From Pristiophorus japonicus (Eukaryota), in NCBI RefSeq assembly GCF_044704955.1, contig NC_091990.1:143406001-143470000 (forward strand): a stretch of 64,000 bases of DNA, read 5' to 3'. A program made the position numbers and the translations under genes. Below the pieces are notes generated by a model. It was not told the DNA's origin, made no database searches, and worked only from the letters and a program-made list of their open reading frames with translations. Of the stretch, positions 9,960-22,580 are shown one piece after another (the first letter of the stretch is position 1; every line of letters starts with the position of its first letter).

Positions 9960-12640
9960 AATGTGGCCAAGACTTGTGGGAGGCCAGAGGATTGGGAAAG
10001 TTTTAAAAGCCAGCAAAGAATGACTAAAAGAATGATAAAGAGAGGCAAGATAGATTATGAAAGTAAACTAGCACAAAATATAAAAACAGATAGTAAGAGT
10101 TTCTACAGGTACACAACAATGAAGAGAATGGCTAAAGTCAATGTTGGTCACCTAGAGGAGGGGACTATGGAATTAATAATGGAGAACAGGGAAATGGCAG
10201 ACATTGAACAAAAATTTGGTTCGGTCTTCATGGTAGAAGAAACAGCAAAAGATACAGCAAGTAATCAGGAAGGCAAATGCAATGTTGGCCTTTATTGCAA
10301 GGGGGATAGAATATAAAAGCAGAGAAGTCCTGCTACAACGGTACAGGGTATTGTTAAGGCCACACCTGGAGTACTGCATACAGTTTTGGTCTCAGTATTT
10401 AAGGAAGGATATCCTTGCATTGGAGGCTGTTCAGAGAAGGTTCACTAGGTTGATTCCGGAGATGAGGGGGTTGACTTATAAAGATAGGTTGAGTAGGTTG
10501 GGCCTATACATATTGGAGTTCAGAAGAATGAGAGGTGATCTTAGTGAAACATATAAGACAATGATGGGGCTCGACAAGGTGGCTGCAGAGAGGATATTTC
10601 CACTCATAGAGGAAACTAAAACTAGGGGACATAGTCTCAGAATAAGGGGCAGCCCATTTAAAACTGAGATGAGGAGGAATTGTTTCTCTCAGAGGGTTGT
10701 AAATCTATAGAATTCTCTGCCCCAGAGAGCTGTGGATGCTGAGTAATTGAATATATTTAAGACGGGGATAGACAGATTTTTGAATGATAAGGGAGTAAAG
10801 GGTTATGGGGAGCGGGCAAGGAAGTGGAGCTGAGTGCATGATCAGATCAGCCATGATCTTATTGAATGGCAGAGCAGGCTCAAGGGGCCAAATGGCCTAC
10901 TCCTGCTCCTATTTTTTATGTTCGTATGTTCTTAAGACCCTAAAAACATCTCAATAGTGGATAATCAAGGGGCTATAGGGAGGGAGGCACTTACTGCAAT
11001 CACTATCACTAATGAAGTAGTACTCGATAAAATAATGGGAATAAAAGCGGACAAGTCCCCTAGACCTGATGGCTTACATCCCAGGGTCTTAAAAGAAGTG
11101 GCTGCAGAGATAGTAGATACATTGGTTGTAATCTACCGAAATTCCCTGGATTCTTGGGTGGTTCCAGTGGACTGGAAAACCGCAAATTTAATGCCCCTAT
11201 TTAAAAAAGGAGGCAGGCAAAAAGCAGGAAAATGTAGACCAGCTAGCCTAACATCTGTTGTTGGGAAAATGCTGGAGTCCATTATTAAGGAAGCAGTTGC
11301 AGGACATTCGGAAAAGCATAATTCAATCAAGCAGATACAGCATGGTTTTATGAAAGGGAAATCATGTTTGACAAGTTTACTGGAGTTCTTTGAGGATGTA
11401 ATGAGCAGGGTTCATAAGAGGAACCAGTGGATGTAGTGTATTTGAATTTCCAGAACGCATTCGATAAGGTGCCATATAAAAGGTTACCGCACAAGATAAA
11501 AGTTCACGGGGTTGGCGGTAATATGTTAGTTAGCCAATCCTCTATCCATGCTAACAGAAAACAGAGAGTTGGGATAAATGGGTCATTTTCCGGTTGGCAA
11601 ACGGTGACTAGTGGGGTGCCACAGGGATTGATGCTGGGTCCTCAACTATTTACAATCTATATTAATGACTTGGATAAAAAGGGACCGAGTGTAATGTAGT
11701 CAAGTTTGCTGATGATACAAAGATAGGTGGGAAAGCAAATTGTGAGAAAGACACAGAAAATCTGCAAAGGGATATGGACAGACAAAGTGTGTGGGCAAAC
11801 ATTTGGCAGATGGAGTATAATGTGGGAAAATGTGAGGTTATTCACTTTGGCAGAAAAAAATAAAAAAGCAAATTATAACTTAAATGGAGAAAAATTGCAA
11901 AGAGCTGCAGTACAGAAGGAACTGGGGGTCCTTGTGCATGAAACACAAAAAGTTAGCATGCAGGTACAGCAAATATTCAGGAAGGCAAATGGAATGTTGT
12001 CCTTAATTGCAAGGGAGATAGAGTATAGAAACAGAAAGTCCTGCTACAACTGTATAGGGTTCTGGTGAGGCCGCACCTAGAGTACTGTGTACAGTTTTGG
12101 TCTCCATATTTAAGGAAGGATATACTTGCATTGGAGGCCGTTCAGAGAACGTTCACTAGGTTGATTCCGGAGATGAGGGGGTTGACTTATGAAGATTGGT
12201 TGAGTAGCTTGGGCCTATAAGTATTGGAGTTCAGAAGAATGAGAGATGATCTTATCGAAACAGATAAGATAATGAGGGGGCTCAACAAGGTGGATGCAGA
12301 GAGAATATTTCCACTCATAGCGGAAACTAAAACTAGGAGACATAGTCTCAGAATAAGGGGCAGCCCATTTAAAACTGTGATAAGGAGGAATTGCTTCCCT
12401 CAGAGAGTTGTAAATCTATGGAATTCTCTGCCCCAGAGAGCTGTGGAGGCTGGGTCATTGAATATATTTAAGGCAGAGATAGACAGATTTTTGAGCAATA
12501 AGGGACTAAAGGGTTATGGTGAGCAGGCAGGGAATTGGAGCTGAGTCCATGATCAGATCAGTCATGATCTTACTGAATGGCGGAGCAGGTTCGAGGGGTC
12601 AAATGGCCTACTCCTGCTCCTATTTCTTATGTTCTCATGT
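9960..12640 (+). mobile_element. CR1 LINE (ORF2 RT region to 3' tail) with a second CR1 3' fragment nested at about 10241-10933
   Basis: [31 protein letters not shown] motifs; two 3' UTR/tails at about 10930 and 12635. The host reading resumes across the insert, with AAGA on both sides. Confidence 0.88.
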
Positions 12641-13044
12641 AAGTGGTGAGCAGCTAGACGAAAATATTGCATTTCAGTTCTTGAAATTCTGCCACCCCCG
12701 ATTCTTACATCTTTAGTTGTAATATTTGTAAGCCTTCTTAAAAAAACACAAACACAAAGACCTGAATGATATACAACCCGAAGATAAGGAGGACATCGTT
12801 TAAGCCCATCACATATGTGAAAATAGTTTTTTCAGTACTGTTGCTGTCTTGATTCAATTAATTTATTTCGATGAACATTTGATTTTATAAATACACACAT
12901 GATTCTCTATTAAACAGTTTGCAGAACATTTAACACATGGATTGCCTCCCAAGATTGGTGTATCTGTTTGTTCTGCCTCCCCCCTCTCCCTTTTTCTCTG
13001 TATTTTTTCAATCCCACTAAAATGCCTGTTTATCTTTCGGACTT

Positions 13045-13147
13045 CAGTTCTGATGAAGGCTGCACACCCGATACATTATAAGCAATCTTTTTTCCTTACA
13101 AATGCTGACTGGTGTATTTCCAACATTATCTGTTTTTATGTCTGATT
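13045..13147 (+). mobile_element. Degenerate Penelope-like terminal remnant with decayed hammerhead motif
   Basis: CAGTT-CTGATGA-AGGC...CCC-GATA followed by the same ATGCTG...TATTTCCA..TCTGTTTTTAT tail as 42286-42395. Confidence 0.5.
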
Positions 13148-14264
13148 GAAAAAGCTAGCATAACATTTCTCAAAATTCACTCTAGCTGATGAGACTCACA
13201 AATGCTTCAAACAAACTCCTGCCACAGAAATCTGATGATTGGGTAAAAAAAAATCTGCAGACTCAATAATATCTGTTAGGTGCAAGTTTAAATCTATTGG
13301 AAAAAAATATCTTGCAAAATGCTCACCTTCACGTGGTTTATTTATTTCATGGTGCTTAATAGAAAAATACAATCTCACGCGTTTTTTCTTGGTTTAAAGA
13401 TAACCTTAATTATGTTAGTCCATTATTATCATATTTCAGTTTGGGTGTTGGGAGTTTTAGCTATTGCAATACTAAAAGGTTAAACAATCCACAAGCCTAT
13501 GATTAAACTGATAAATACTTGAGCCTGTCATCATTTTCCCTCGGTTTAAGCCAAGAGCTATCAGAGAATATACCCATTTATAAACCACCAAGGAATCAAA
13601 TACAGGGCACTTCTAACCTGCCATAAATCACTAGACTGACAGAATTAAACAATAAATATTTAACCTTGTCACTGTGCTCAGCTACAGATGGCAGCTACTT
13701 ACTCACCAACCACCATAGTAAATAAGGTCTCGTGACCACCCTGTTTGTGCTCAAAGGCGGAAAGAGATGAAAAATAATTGGTTGTCTTTCCCGCCCATTT
13801 TCTGTTGCTTTCAGAGCTGGTCAGATTTACCAGGACATTAATCCTGGAAGCTGGAGCTCCCATCTGAAGCAGGCTAAAACCTCCTGAATAAATTCAAATT
13901 GGGGTCAAGCAATGTAAATAGTCGCCAACACCATTTTCCAATCTCACCACAACTTCTTGCTCCATCCCACCAAGTCCTGAGACGACCATTTCAAATGCTA
14001 TTTAAAGGGACCCTCAGCTGCTCTCAGGTAAAGCTGCATAGAGCTTTAGGAAATATTTTTCTTGCAGTAGATTGTGCATTTTATCTTTAAAGGATTTGAA
14101 TGCGCTTTTAGTTGTTACTGTTAGCTTTGTACTCCAGAGGGTTTCTGGCATTGAGTTGTTTCATGATAAAAATACTTCTAAGAATGCCACGCTGGGAGGA
14201 GCAAGGAGCTGGAAATGCAGGGAAACCAAATAGAGGCTTGCTCGGAGGACTCCTTACCAGCTAA

Positions 14265-14850
14265 CAGAATGTATAGAACAAGATACTTACAGCTCTCTGA
14301 GGACCAGTGCTTCAGTTCTCCAGGGAGACAATGATAGAGTTGTGCCTTGTAGCCAACTGTTGCAGCTAGCAAGACATGAAGTGCCTTGGGATGTTTTACT
14401 ATGTTAAAGACACTATATAAATGCAAATGGTTGTTGTTGATGTTGCCTGTTACAGTGAAGGTTACTGCAGCCAAGAAAATCTTTGCTTCCTGCTTCTTCC
14501 AGGATGCCACAAGGGATAACAGCAACATCAATCAGTCTGCAGTCCATGGTTGCATTAAACAGGTGACTAATGCCTTGTTTGATAGAGAAAACACATTCAT
14601 CACTTTCCCCGTGGACATCCATAAGCAGCAGTATAGGGCTCTGGAGTTCGCACAGATTTCAGGTTTACCCCTAACTCCCGGGAGTCATTAACTGCACCCA
14701 TGCCATCCTGCGTGTTCCTTCACACAATATGACAGCCTTCATGAACAAGAAGGCCTCTATTCTATTTATATACCACTGGTACGTGATCACCAGCATTGCA
14801 CCATGCAGGTCTGTGCCCTCTTTCCTAGCAGTTGCCATGATGCTTTTATC
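14265..14850 (+). pseudogene. Old Harbinger (HARBI1-like) transposase relic
   Basis: YLQLSEDQC...VTVKVTAA..FAS..FQ..TRD...INQSAVHGCIKQVTNALF...G.INCTH; multiple disruptions. Confidence 0.75.
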
Positions 14851-15455
14851 TTGCATCAGTTGTTCATTTGCAGCCAGATGGAGGCTGGCTGGCTGCAGGC
14901 AGATAGGCCTGCAGCACTCAGCTGCAGAGAAGAGGGAAGGAGGGATTGAATGCAGGCCAGGGAGTGGATGTGGGCTGGACTCGAGCATCGGGAGAGGGGT
15001 GATGGAGAGAATGAGGCCAGTATCAAAGGATCGGGGGGGCGGTGGGGGAGGGCGGTGGGAGGGAGAACATCGAGGGGCATGGAGAACAATCGGGAGGAGG
15101 GAGGTCAGGAAGGCGATTGGAGGCCTCGTGGTGGGGGGGCGTGGTGGTAAGACAATTGGAGGCCTGAGGGGAGGATTTGAGGCCTCGCCGGGAGGTCTCC
15201 GAGCGCAGGGGGGTGGGTTAGGCAGAAACACTGGATCTAGGAGGTAAGTGTAAAACCTAGCCTTACCATCTAACCTTCAATTCCCAATCTTAACCAGATA
15301 ATTATTCAACGATTCTTTTTGATGCAGTTAATGGATACAGTATTCATTTCTTTATCAAACAGCTGGCTAAATATCTGCCTAAGAATAAGCTGCATTGATC
15401 ATCAGTGTAGAACGATGCGCAGTTTCCCATTCATTTCTAACATGCTTAAAGTAAT

Positions 15456-16132
15456 GGCCCATAATTTGCGGCCCCTATGGGCACATATGATGGGAATACC
15501 CATCGTACGAGTTGTGTACCCGCCCATAAGGACTGCACAAATTCCAGGTTCTCGCGTGTGAAACGCATGCGTGAAAACCCAGAGCTTGTGACCCATCAAT
15601 AATCTTCTTGGCAGATCATCCGAATCCTAAGGAAAAGGGCCTCCGCAGGTGGAGAGTTGGGCTATTTACCTGCTTTTACCACCCTAATAGTTTTAAAAAA
15701 CATATTTTTAAACCATTTATACATTAAAAAAAACTGTACAATAAGGTAAGTTTATTTTTAGCCACTTTAAAACATTTTAATTTATTTTTCAAAAAGTTAC
15801 ATTTTTGTTTTAAGTCTTTAGTTCAATGGCATCTTGATTAATTTTAAATATGTAAAGTTTTGTTTGTTTATTTGATGTGTAGAGATATTTTTGGGGGTAT
15901 TCATGCCTATGGGGATTCTGTACTTTTATTGTTTCCTTTATTGGTTGGCCTGGCCCACGTGATCCCAGCAATGCCGGCGAACTGCATGCGCCCCTGAGAA
16001 AAGTGGGCCTCTATCCGCAGGTACCCAGGGCCGTGAATTTCCGTACCTCCCGGACCACCAGGTACGCGGGCATTTTATTTACGGATCGGTGGCATTTCCC
16101 TGCAGGAAGCCTCCAACCACAAATTCAGGACC
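15456..16132. mobile_element. Harbinger-like MITE
   Basis: Imperfect TIR GGCCCATAATTTGCGG / CCACAAATTCAGGACC; 3-bp TSD AAT; related to 40868-41589 in the opposite orientation. Confidence 0.7.
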
Positions 16133-16220
16133 AATGAATTAAGTTTAAACCCCAGGCAAAGTAGCAGTAATAAGTGTAACAATGTGAATATCTCGATATT
16201 ATTTCAGAAATGTAGCTGGG

Positions 16221-16580
16221 AAAGAAAGAAAGACTTGCATTTATATAGCGCCTTTCGCAGCCACCGGACATCTCAAAGCGCTTTACAGCCAATTAAGTAC
16301 TTTTGGAGTGTAGTCTCTGTTGTAATGTGGGAAATGCAACAGCCAACTTGCACAGCAAACTCCCACCAACAGCAATATGATAATGACCTGAGAGGGCAGA
16401 CAGGGCCTCGGTTTAACGTCTCATGCGAAAGATGGCACCTCCGACAGTGCAGCACTCCCTCAACGCTGCACTGCGTGTGTCAGTCTGGATTTGTTTTATG
16501 CTCAAGTCCCTGAAGTGAGACTTGAACCCGAAACCTTTTGACTCAGAGGCAAGTGTGCTACCCACTGAGCCACAGCTAAC
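16221..16580 (-). mobile_element. tRNA-derived Deu-type SINE (SacSINE1-like), internally deleted
   Basis: Head with box A TGGCTCAGTGG and box B GGTTCAAGTC; tail GGCGCTATATAAATGCAAGTCTTTC; homologous to 34845-35240 and 38835-39287. Confidence 0.8.
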
Positions 16581-16599
16581 ACTACCTGACTACCTTTCC

Positions 16600-16836
16600 T
16601 GGCGAGGCGAGGGCCCAGGGGCAGCACGGGCCAGCCCACACTGCGATATGTGTGCGCACTAGGTCCGTGCAGCAGAGCTGGTCTCCAGTCGTCTTGGTTA
16701 ATTCTTGCAACTGGACCAAGACCTAGCTCTGTCAAGCCCATGTGGTGGCTGGTGTGCAATGGCCACCACACGTTAAAAAAAAATCCACGCACAGACATTT
16801 GCCACCCTTCAAGATTGACTGCCTATGATGATGACG
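16600..16836 (+). mobile_element. Short RTE-dependent non-autonomous retroposon
   Basis: Ends GACTGCCTATGATGATGA, like the RTE tail at about 42890-42906; homologous to 55379-55545. Confidence 0.65.
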
Positions 16837-16842
16837 AATGAT

Positions 16843-16987
16843 GAGATAATCTGGTTTTGTTATATTGATTGAGGGATAAATATTGGCCAGGACACCGGGG
16901 ATAACTCTTCTTCGAAATAGTGTCATGGGATCTTTTACGTCCAACTGAGTGAGCAAACGAGGCCTCGGTTTAACGTCTCATCTGAAA
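16843..16987 (-). mobile_element. Deu-type SINE middle fragment
   Basis: GAGGGATAAATATTGGCCAGGACACC...GGCCTCGGTTTAACGTCTCATC, as in the other copies. Confidence 0.75.
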
Positions 16988-17509
16988 AACAGAGATCGTA
17001 GCTATTCAACTGGAAGGACAGAGTTGGAGGGAAATAATGAAAATGAGAAAGAGAGAGTAAGGGAGCGAAAAATAAATTGTAATAATTAGGAACCGCAGAA
17101 ACAGGGCTCCCTGTAGATGTTTGCTAGTCCACCTTTTTTTGTTTACTCAATGGGGGTGGGGAATAAATATGGAGAGGAATTAGTTCTGAAACCTGTTGTG
17201 CAGGCGAGATAACTTGAGATATTGTATTAGTATTAGTTTAGGAACCAGTGTATTAAGAGCTTTAGAATGATGGTGGTGCTGAGAGATAGAGAATTCTCAA
17301 AGCAGACAATTGACAGTATGCTCACCTCCAGTGTACAGCCTTGAGCTCTGAGTTCATCCCTTAATCCTGCTTTGCTGATCATAACATTTCCAACTCCCTT
17401 GTTTTCAGTTCTTTATTTTATCACTCTAAAGTGCCACCTGTGACTCCTTTCACTCTTGGATTGCTATGCATTTACTTAATATTTCAGTTGTGTTTCTCTT
17501 CCACTATTT

Positions 17510-18692
17510 GGGCCCAACATTGGCCATCAATTTTTTTGGAGTAAGTTGTTTTTTCTGGCGTAAGTTAGAAAATGCCATTTTCCCCAAAAGATTTGTTCCA
17601 GAGTAAGTCAGGTAAGTACGATTATTTTTAGGTCAGTTTTTTTTTCAAAAGGGGGCCTTCCCAGACACTTACGACAGTTTTGGCCATTTATGCCACTTTG
17701 ACCAGCAAAAACATACTACAAATCCACTTAGGTCAGCGTATGTGGCCAGCTCTGAAAAATCTTGCGGGCAGTTAAGAAAAAGCAGCGCACATTCGACAGA
17801 CATTAGGGCAGGGATAGGGGAGGGAAGGGAACTAGAGAGGACCTCAACAACCAAGCAGCAAACATTAAGGAAAAGCTCAAACCAATAAAATACAATAAAA
17901 AAAGAAGTAAATCCAACCTTATCTTTAAAGTTTGCCTGGGAAACTTCTTCCTTCCCCTATCCCAGGCCGAATGGCCTCTGCAGGAAGCCATTCGACCTGG
18001 GATAGGGGAAGGAAGACGTGCACCGGAGAAGTCACAGCTGCTGGGCCGGGGCATCTCGGGGTGGGGCGCACCGAGCGACCGGAGGAATCACAGCTCGTGG
18101 GTCTGGAAGTCTCATCTCTCCCACCCCCCAAAAACTCTCCTCCTTCCCCCTCACCCAAAACTCTCCTCCCGCAAAAAAAAACCTCTCCTCCCCCCCCAAA
18201 AAAAATTTTCCTCTCCCCCCCAAAAAAAAACCTCTCATCCTCCCGCCTCCCCCCCGACCCCCATCAAAAGTTTATTTACAGCCAGTAAATAAAAAATAAA
18301 AGCAAAGTCCTTACCTGCCCGGGAACTCAGCAGACGGCCGGCCGGTGCGGGAGTCCACTTGGCCAGGGATAAGGTCCGGCGAGGTCGAGCGTCCCTTCAG
18401 CCTGGGATGGGGCTGTGAGCATCAGGTCCTGCTCACAGCCCAAAGGATATGCTGGGAGGGCAGGAGCATGCGCGCAGCTCTCAGAGCATGCGCGTGGGTG
18501 CGGCAGTGCTTTGTGCACTGGCCTGTTGCTCCGCCCCCCACTTCAGCCTCCACGCCACGCCACGCCAGGACTCCGGGGACTCTGAAGAGCGGCCAGGATG
18601 GGGCCCCTTTTTTCTGCCGCCCTTTCCAGCGCGCAATGTCGGTGCACTTCGGGTCAGGGTGCCGAAAAAAGGGGTTGGGCACTGTTGGGCTC
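17510..18692. mobile_element. Harbinger-like MITE with central hairpin
   Basis: TIR GGGCCCAACA.T / A.TGTTGGGCTC; TSD TTT; subterminal similarity to 32621-34096 and 56474-57314. Confidence 0.75.
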
Positions 18693-19256
18693 TTTAAAAC
18701 TAACTTGTCTTAACCTGCATATGATAAATTTGGCTGACAAATCAGATATGATAATCAGCTTCTGCAGTGTCCCATATTACTTGAAAAGTAAACAAGATAA
18801 TGAGATACACTATGGGCTAGACTTTCCACTTTTGCGCAGATCACCCAAAAATGAGTGTTATTTCAAGCGTGGGTGGTAAATATGGGTTTTGAGATCGCCG
18901 GATTATCGCCCGTTTTCACAACCCTAACTTTCCATTCTTTAAAAATGGGTGCTTCCGCGAGCTATCTGAAATGGGTGTTAGCGTTAATTTTTTTTGATCT
19001 TCTGCCGTAAAGTGTCATCGTCCATAGGAACGGCATGGCAACGGTCTTTTCCCGCATTTCCGGAGGTCAGGGGTCATCATTACATGTGCAGAAGAGGAGA
19101 CAGAGAGAGAGGGAGCAGAGAGGAACTGAAAGCGTGTGTCGATGTCGTGTCTGCTTGTTTTGGGAAGTAGGAGGGAGATTTTCGACCAGCAGAAAGAATT
19201 CTGAGCAAAAATTAAGTTAGTCCCACTGATATATTTACGGAAATTTGGTTGTTACA

Positions 19257-21060
19257 ATGGAAAGGATAGAGGTGGCGACACAGCATGCTGTGGACACTGA
19301 TGCTGGCGAAAGCAGTGAGCTGGGAGTGGAACAATTGGGAGGATGAAAATGAGCTCGGAAATTCTCCGACGAGGCAAATATCTCCCTCATGCAGGAAATG
19401 GAGTCACGCTGGGGTTAATTGACCCAGGGTGGGCGTGGGAAGCCCACTCCAAAGGCCTACCAGAAGATATGGGCCGAGATAGCTGAGGTGGTCTCATTGG
19501 CAACCAACGAAGTGCATGAGGGCAACCAGTGCCACAAGTGCTGGAATGACCTTGTCGGATCCGCCAGAATAAGTATTATATTTATTTACATGTACTTATA
19601 TATTTGTATAATTTGATTTGTAAGTGCAATGAGTGATTAAAATCAAATGTGATGTCTTGTACTTATACTGGGAATGTTGTACTCAAAGCCTGCATTCACG
19701 TGTACATTTTTAGGTAAAGAATGATAAGTTTCATAATAATCATGATTACATCTGTCGGTTATGTGTTGTATCAGTCTCTGTGACAGTAGCTAGCAATGAT
19801 CTCGTGCCATGTCATGCTGTTGTTACCTTTTAAAGAAGAAGCTTTCCAGGAATAGGGCCGAGCAGATGCGAATGGGTGGTGGGCCATCAGTCATCATCGA
19901 GCTGACAGACATCGAGGAGCGGGTGCTGACACTAGTGGGGAGCCGCAGAACCCGATGTGATGCCACGTGAGTAAAGTATACAACATTGTGTGATGTAAAG
20001 TCAATAGATGCCACACCCACTCATATCCGACCAATAATATATGATAGATGATTGATAAAACTGTTATGTAAACAATGATGGCCTCATAAGATTCATTGCA
20101 ATGCAGAATTTGGTCATGGTCATGAAATGTGCTGTCTGTGATGATTTTGATAGCAATGGTGCTTTTGTCATACATATGCTGTGTGTAGCACTGGAATCAC
20201 CTTGTGAACCCAGCACCCCCATCTCCGCTAATAACCCCATTTGTGTTTTGCAGCCAGCAGCGCAGCCCCAGGCAACACCATCAAGGCCAGAGGCTGGGGG
20301 TGCGGGGCCGGACTCGCTGGATAATCAGACATCGGGCGCTGATTCTTACCTGTGCATCTGCTGTGTCTGTTCTCCACGGAAGACAGTGCTGACTTCGAGA
20401 AGCCTGCATCGCCAAGCTCCATAACGCAGTCCACACCAAAGACATCTTGTGCTCCTGCGGCCATTCCTACCTGCACAGTGGAGGTACCAGGCCCAAGCAC
20501 CTCGCCACAGGGCACCCGAGGTGTCTCCAGAATGGCATCAATCAAGCGGAGGTTGGTTAGATGCGGCAGGTCTGCTCCATGAGTGGCTGATCTGAGCGGG
20601 GACATGGTAGACTTGTCCAGGAGGAGTGTTGACATAGGTCAGCAGATCCTACAGATAATGGGGGGCATATTCCACCAGCTGGCCAGCATGCCTGCCATCA
20701 TGACGGAGTACGTGCTGGGGATGGCGGAGGCCCTGGAGGTGATAGCCATCAACACTGGCGGCACAGGCCTTCAAGTGGTGCCGGAGCACAGCACTGCACC
20801 CCAAGGTGTGTGCGCGCACCCCCATTGCCAACAACACGAGAGCCAGGAGGAAGATCTTGTTTATGGCTCGGAGCACATTCCCACCTCGGGACCATTCTCT
20901 CCCGTATCCGTCCACCGGTTCTGCCGTCATCCCCCCCCAATGAAGCAGCGCCTGAGGAGATCCTTGGTCAGGTGGCTTGGAGTCAGGAGGGGAAGGGGAA
21001 AGGGAAGGGGTGGGAAGGAGAAGCGGGGTCGGAGCGGTGGGGAGAAGGAAAGTGAGGTGC
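19257..21060 (+). pseudogene. Harbinger Myb/SANT-like DNA-binding protein gene, 3 exons, disrupted
   Basis: RKFSDEANISL...YQKIWAEIAEVVS...NQCHKCWNDL. Exons at about 19257-19568, 19836-19966 and 20254-21060; first donor reads ATAAGT (GTAAGT in the paralogous copy); in-frame stops. Confidence 0.8.
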
Positions 21061-21369
21061 ATGGCCGCAGGTGTTGTCTTGGCCATATATTTATGTTGTT
21101 GGTGCTATTTTGTTGGGAGGTTTGGGGGAAGGGGGATGGGGCTAACTTGTTGTTTTGCATTTGTGTTCTGTATTGTTGGAAATGTTGACAATTTGATTGA
21201 TCTAAATGTTATTAATTTGTTGTGGGGTGGGATGGGGTGGGGTGTTTTTTACAGTTATATTTATCATTTCATACAAATATTCTCATCCTCACCAAGGTGA
21301 TGCACACCATTGATGTATGAACTGCAGACACAGCAGTGTTGCAGCTTTGTAAATACCAACAACATTCTT

Positions 21370-22580
21370 TCAAGCAAAGTGCTCATTTATGAGCTGCTGA
21401 CATAAGAGTCTTGGAGTTATGCGGCCACCACGGGCCCTTTACTGCGGCCTAGAAGGGGGTGGGGGCATGGCTTCAGGGTCAGCCTGATTGTCTGACCCGA
21501 GGTCAGCATCCACCTCCTCGTCCTTCTTTTCCTCTCTCTCCTGAGGTGGACCGTCAGTCCCTTCTGGCAATTCTTGTCCCTTTCTGATAGCCAAGTTGTA
21601 CAGCATGGAGCACACCACCACGAATTGAGCTACCTGTTCAGGGTGGTATTGGAGCTCGCCTCCCGAGTGGTCCAGGCATCTAAAGCGCTGCTTAAGCACA
21701 CCAATGGTTTTCGCAACAAAATTGCGTGTAGCCTATGGCTCTCATTATATCGCTTCTCAGCTTCTGTGTGGGTGTTACACAGGGGTGGTCATCAGCCAGG
21801 TGGTGAGGCCATATCCTTTGTCACCAAGCATCCAGCATTGACCTTGTGGCTGACTGGTAAACATGTCAGATACAGCGCTCTCACACAGGATGTGAGCATT
21901 ATGGATGCTGCCAGGAAATTTGGCATTCACTGCCCTAATTATTTGCTGGTGATCGACAACGAGTTGCACATTCTGGGAGTGGAATCACTCTCGGTTCTGA
22001 AAAGCCTCTGCATCTTGAAAAGCTGCCCGCATCGCGATGTGCGTACAGTCTATTGCTCCCTGCACCTTGGGGAAGTTAGCAATTCGGTAGAATCCTCAAG
22101 CCCTCTCAATCTGAGCCTTCCTGGTCATAGGGAAGCTGATGAAGTCCATCCTGAGTACGTAAAGGGCGTCATTGACCTGTCTAATGCAACAATGTGTGGC
22201 ATGCTGAGATATAGTGCAAATGTCGCCAGCTGAGGCCATAAAGGAACCTGACGCATAGAACGAAAGTATCGCGATGCCATTGACCTCGACGGAAAGTGCG
22301 GACCTGATGGTGCTGGTAGGCTGCAGATCTCCCCTGATGAGCTGGCATATCTCACTGATAATCTCTTTGTGGAAGCGCAGTCTCCTAAGCCAGATGTTAT
22401 CGGACAAGTTGAGGTAAGACCACTTCTCCCTGTAAGTGCAAGGGCTGAAGATCTGGTCCTCCTCATCAGTCTGGCAAGTCTTAGATTGGGCACATTATGC
22501 TGTCGAATATACCTTCTGCCATCTCTAGTCTGCAGCATGTGTGTAGTCATCAAGACAGGCTGAGAAATGACAGGCCCCAT
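21370..22580 (-). pseudogene. Harbinger DDE transposase (HARBI1-like), disrupted
   Basis: RRLRF, FYASGSF, GAIDCTH, QLVVD, FPGSIHNA, MLGDKGY, LKQRFRCLDHSGG spread over several frames. Confidence 0.92.

Noticed and set aside
14671-15247. 186-aa and 172-aa Pro/Gly-rich ORFs
   Set aside because: G-rich low-complexity sequence next to a transposase relic; no domain recognised.
16510-16580. tRNA genes (also 39215-39287)
   Set aside because: These are SINE heads that continue into the SINE body; no complete cloverleaf.
21574-22233. 219-aa plus-strand ORF
   Set aside because: Antisense shadow of the transposase.
21370-22580. Domesticated host gene HARBI1
   Set aside because: Multiple frameshifts, and it lies inside TIR/TSD-bounded transposon DNA.
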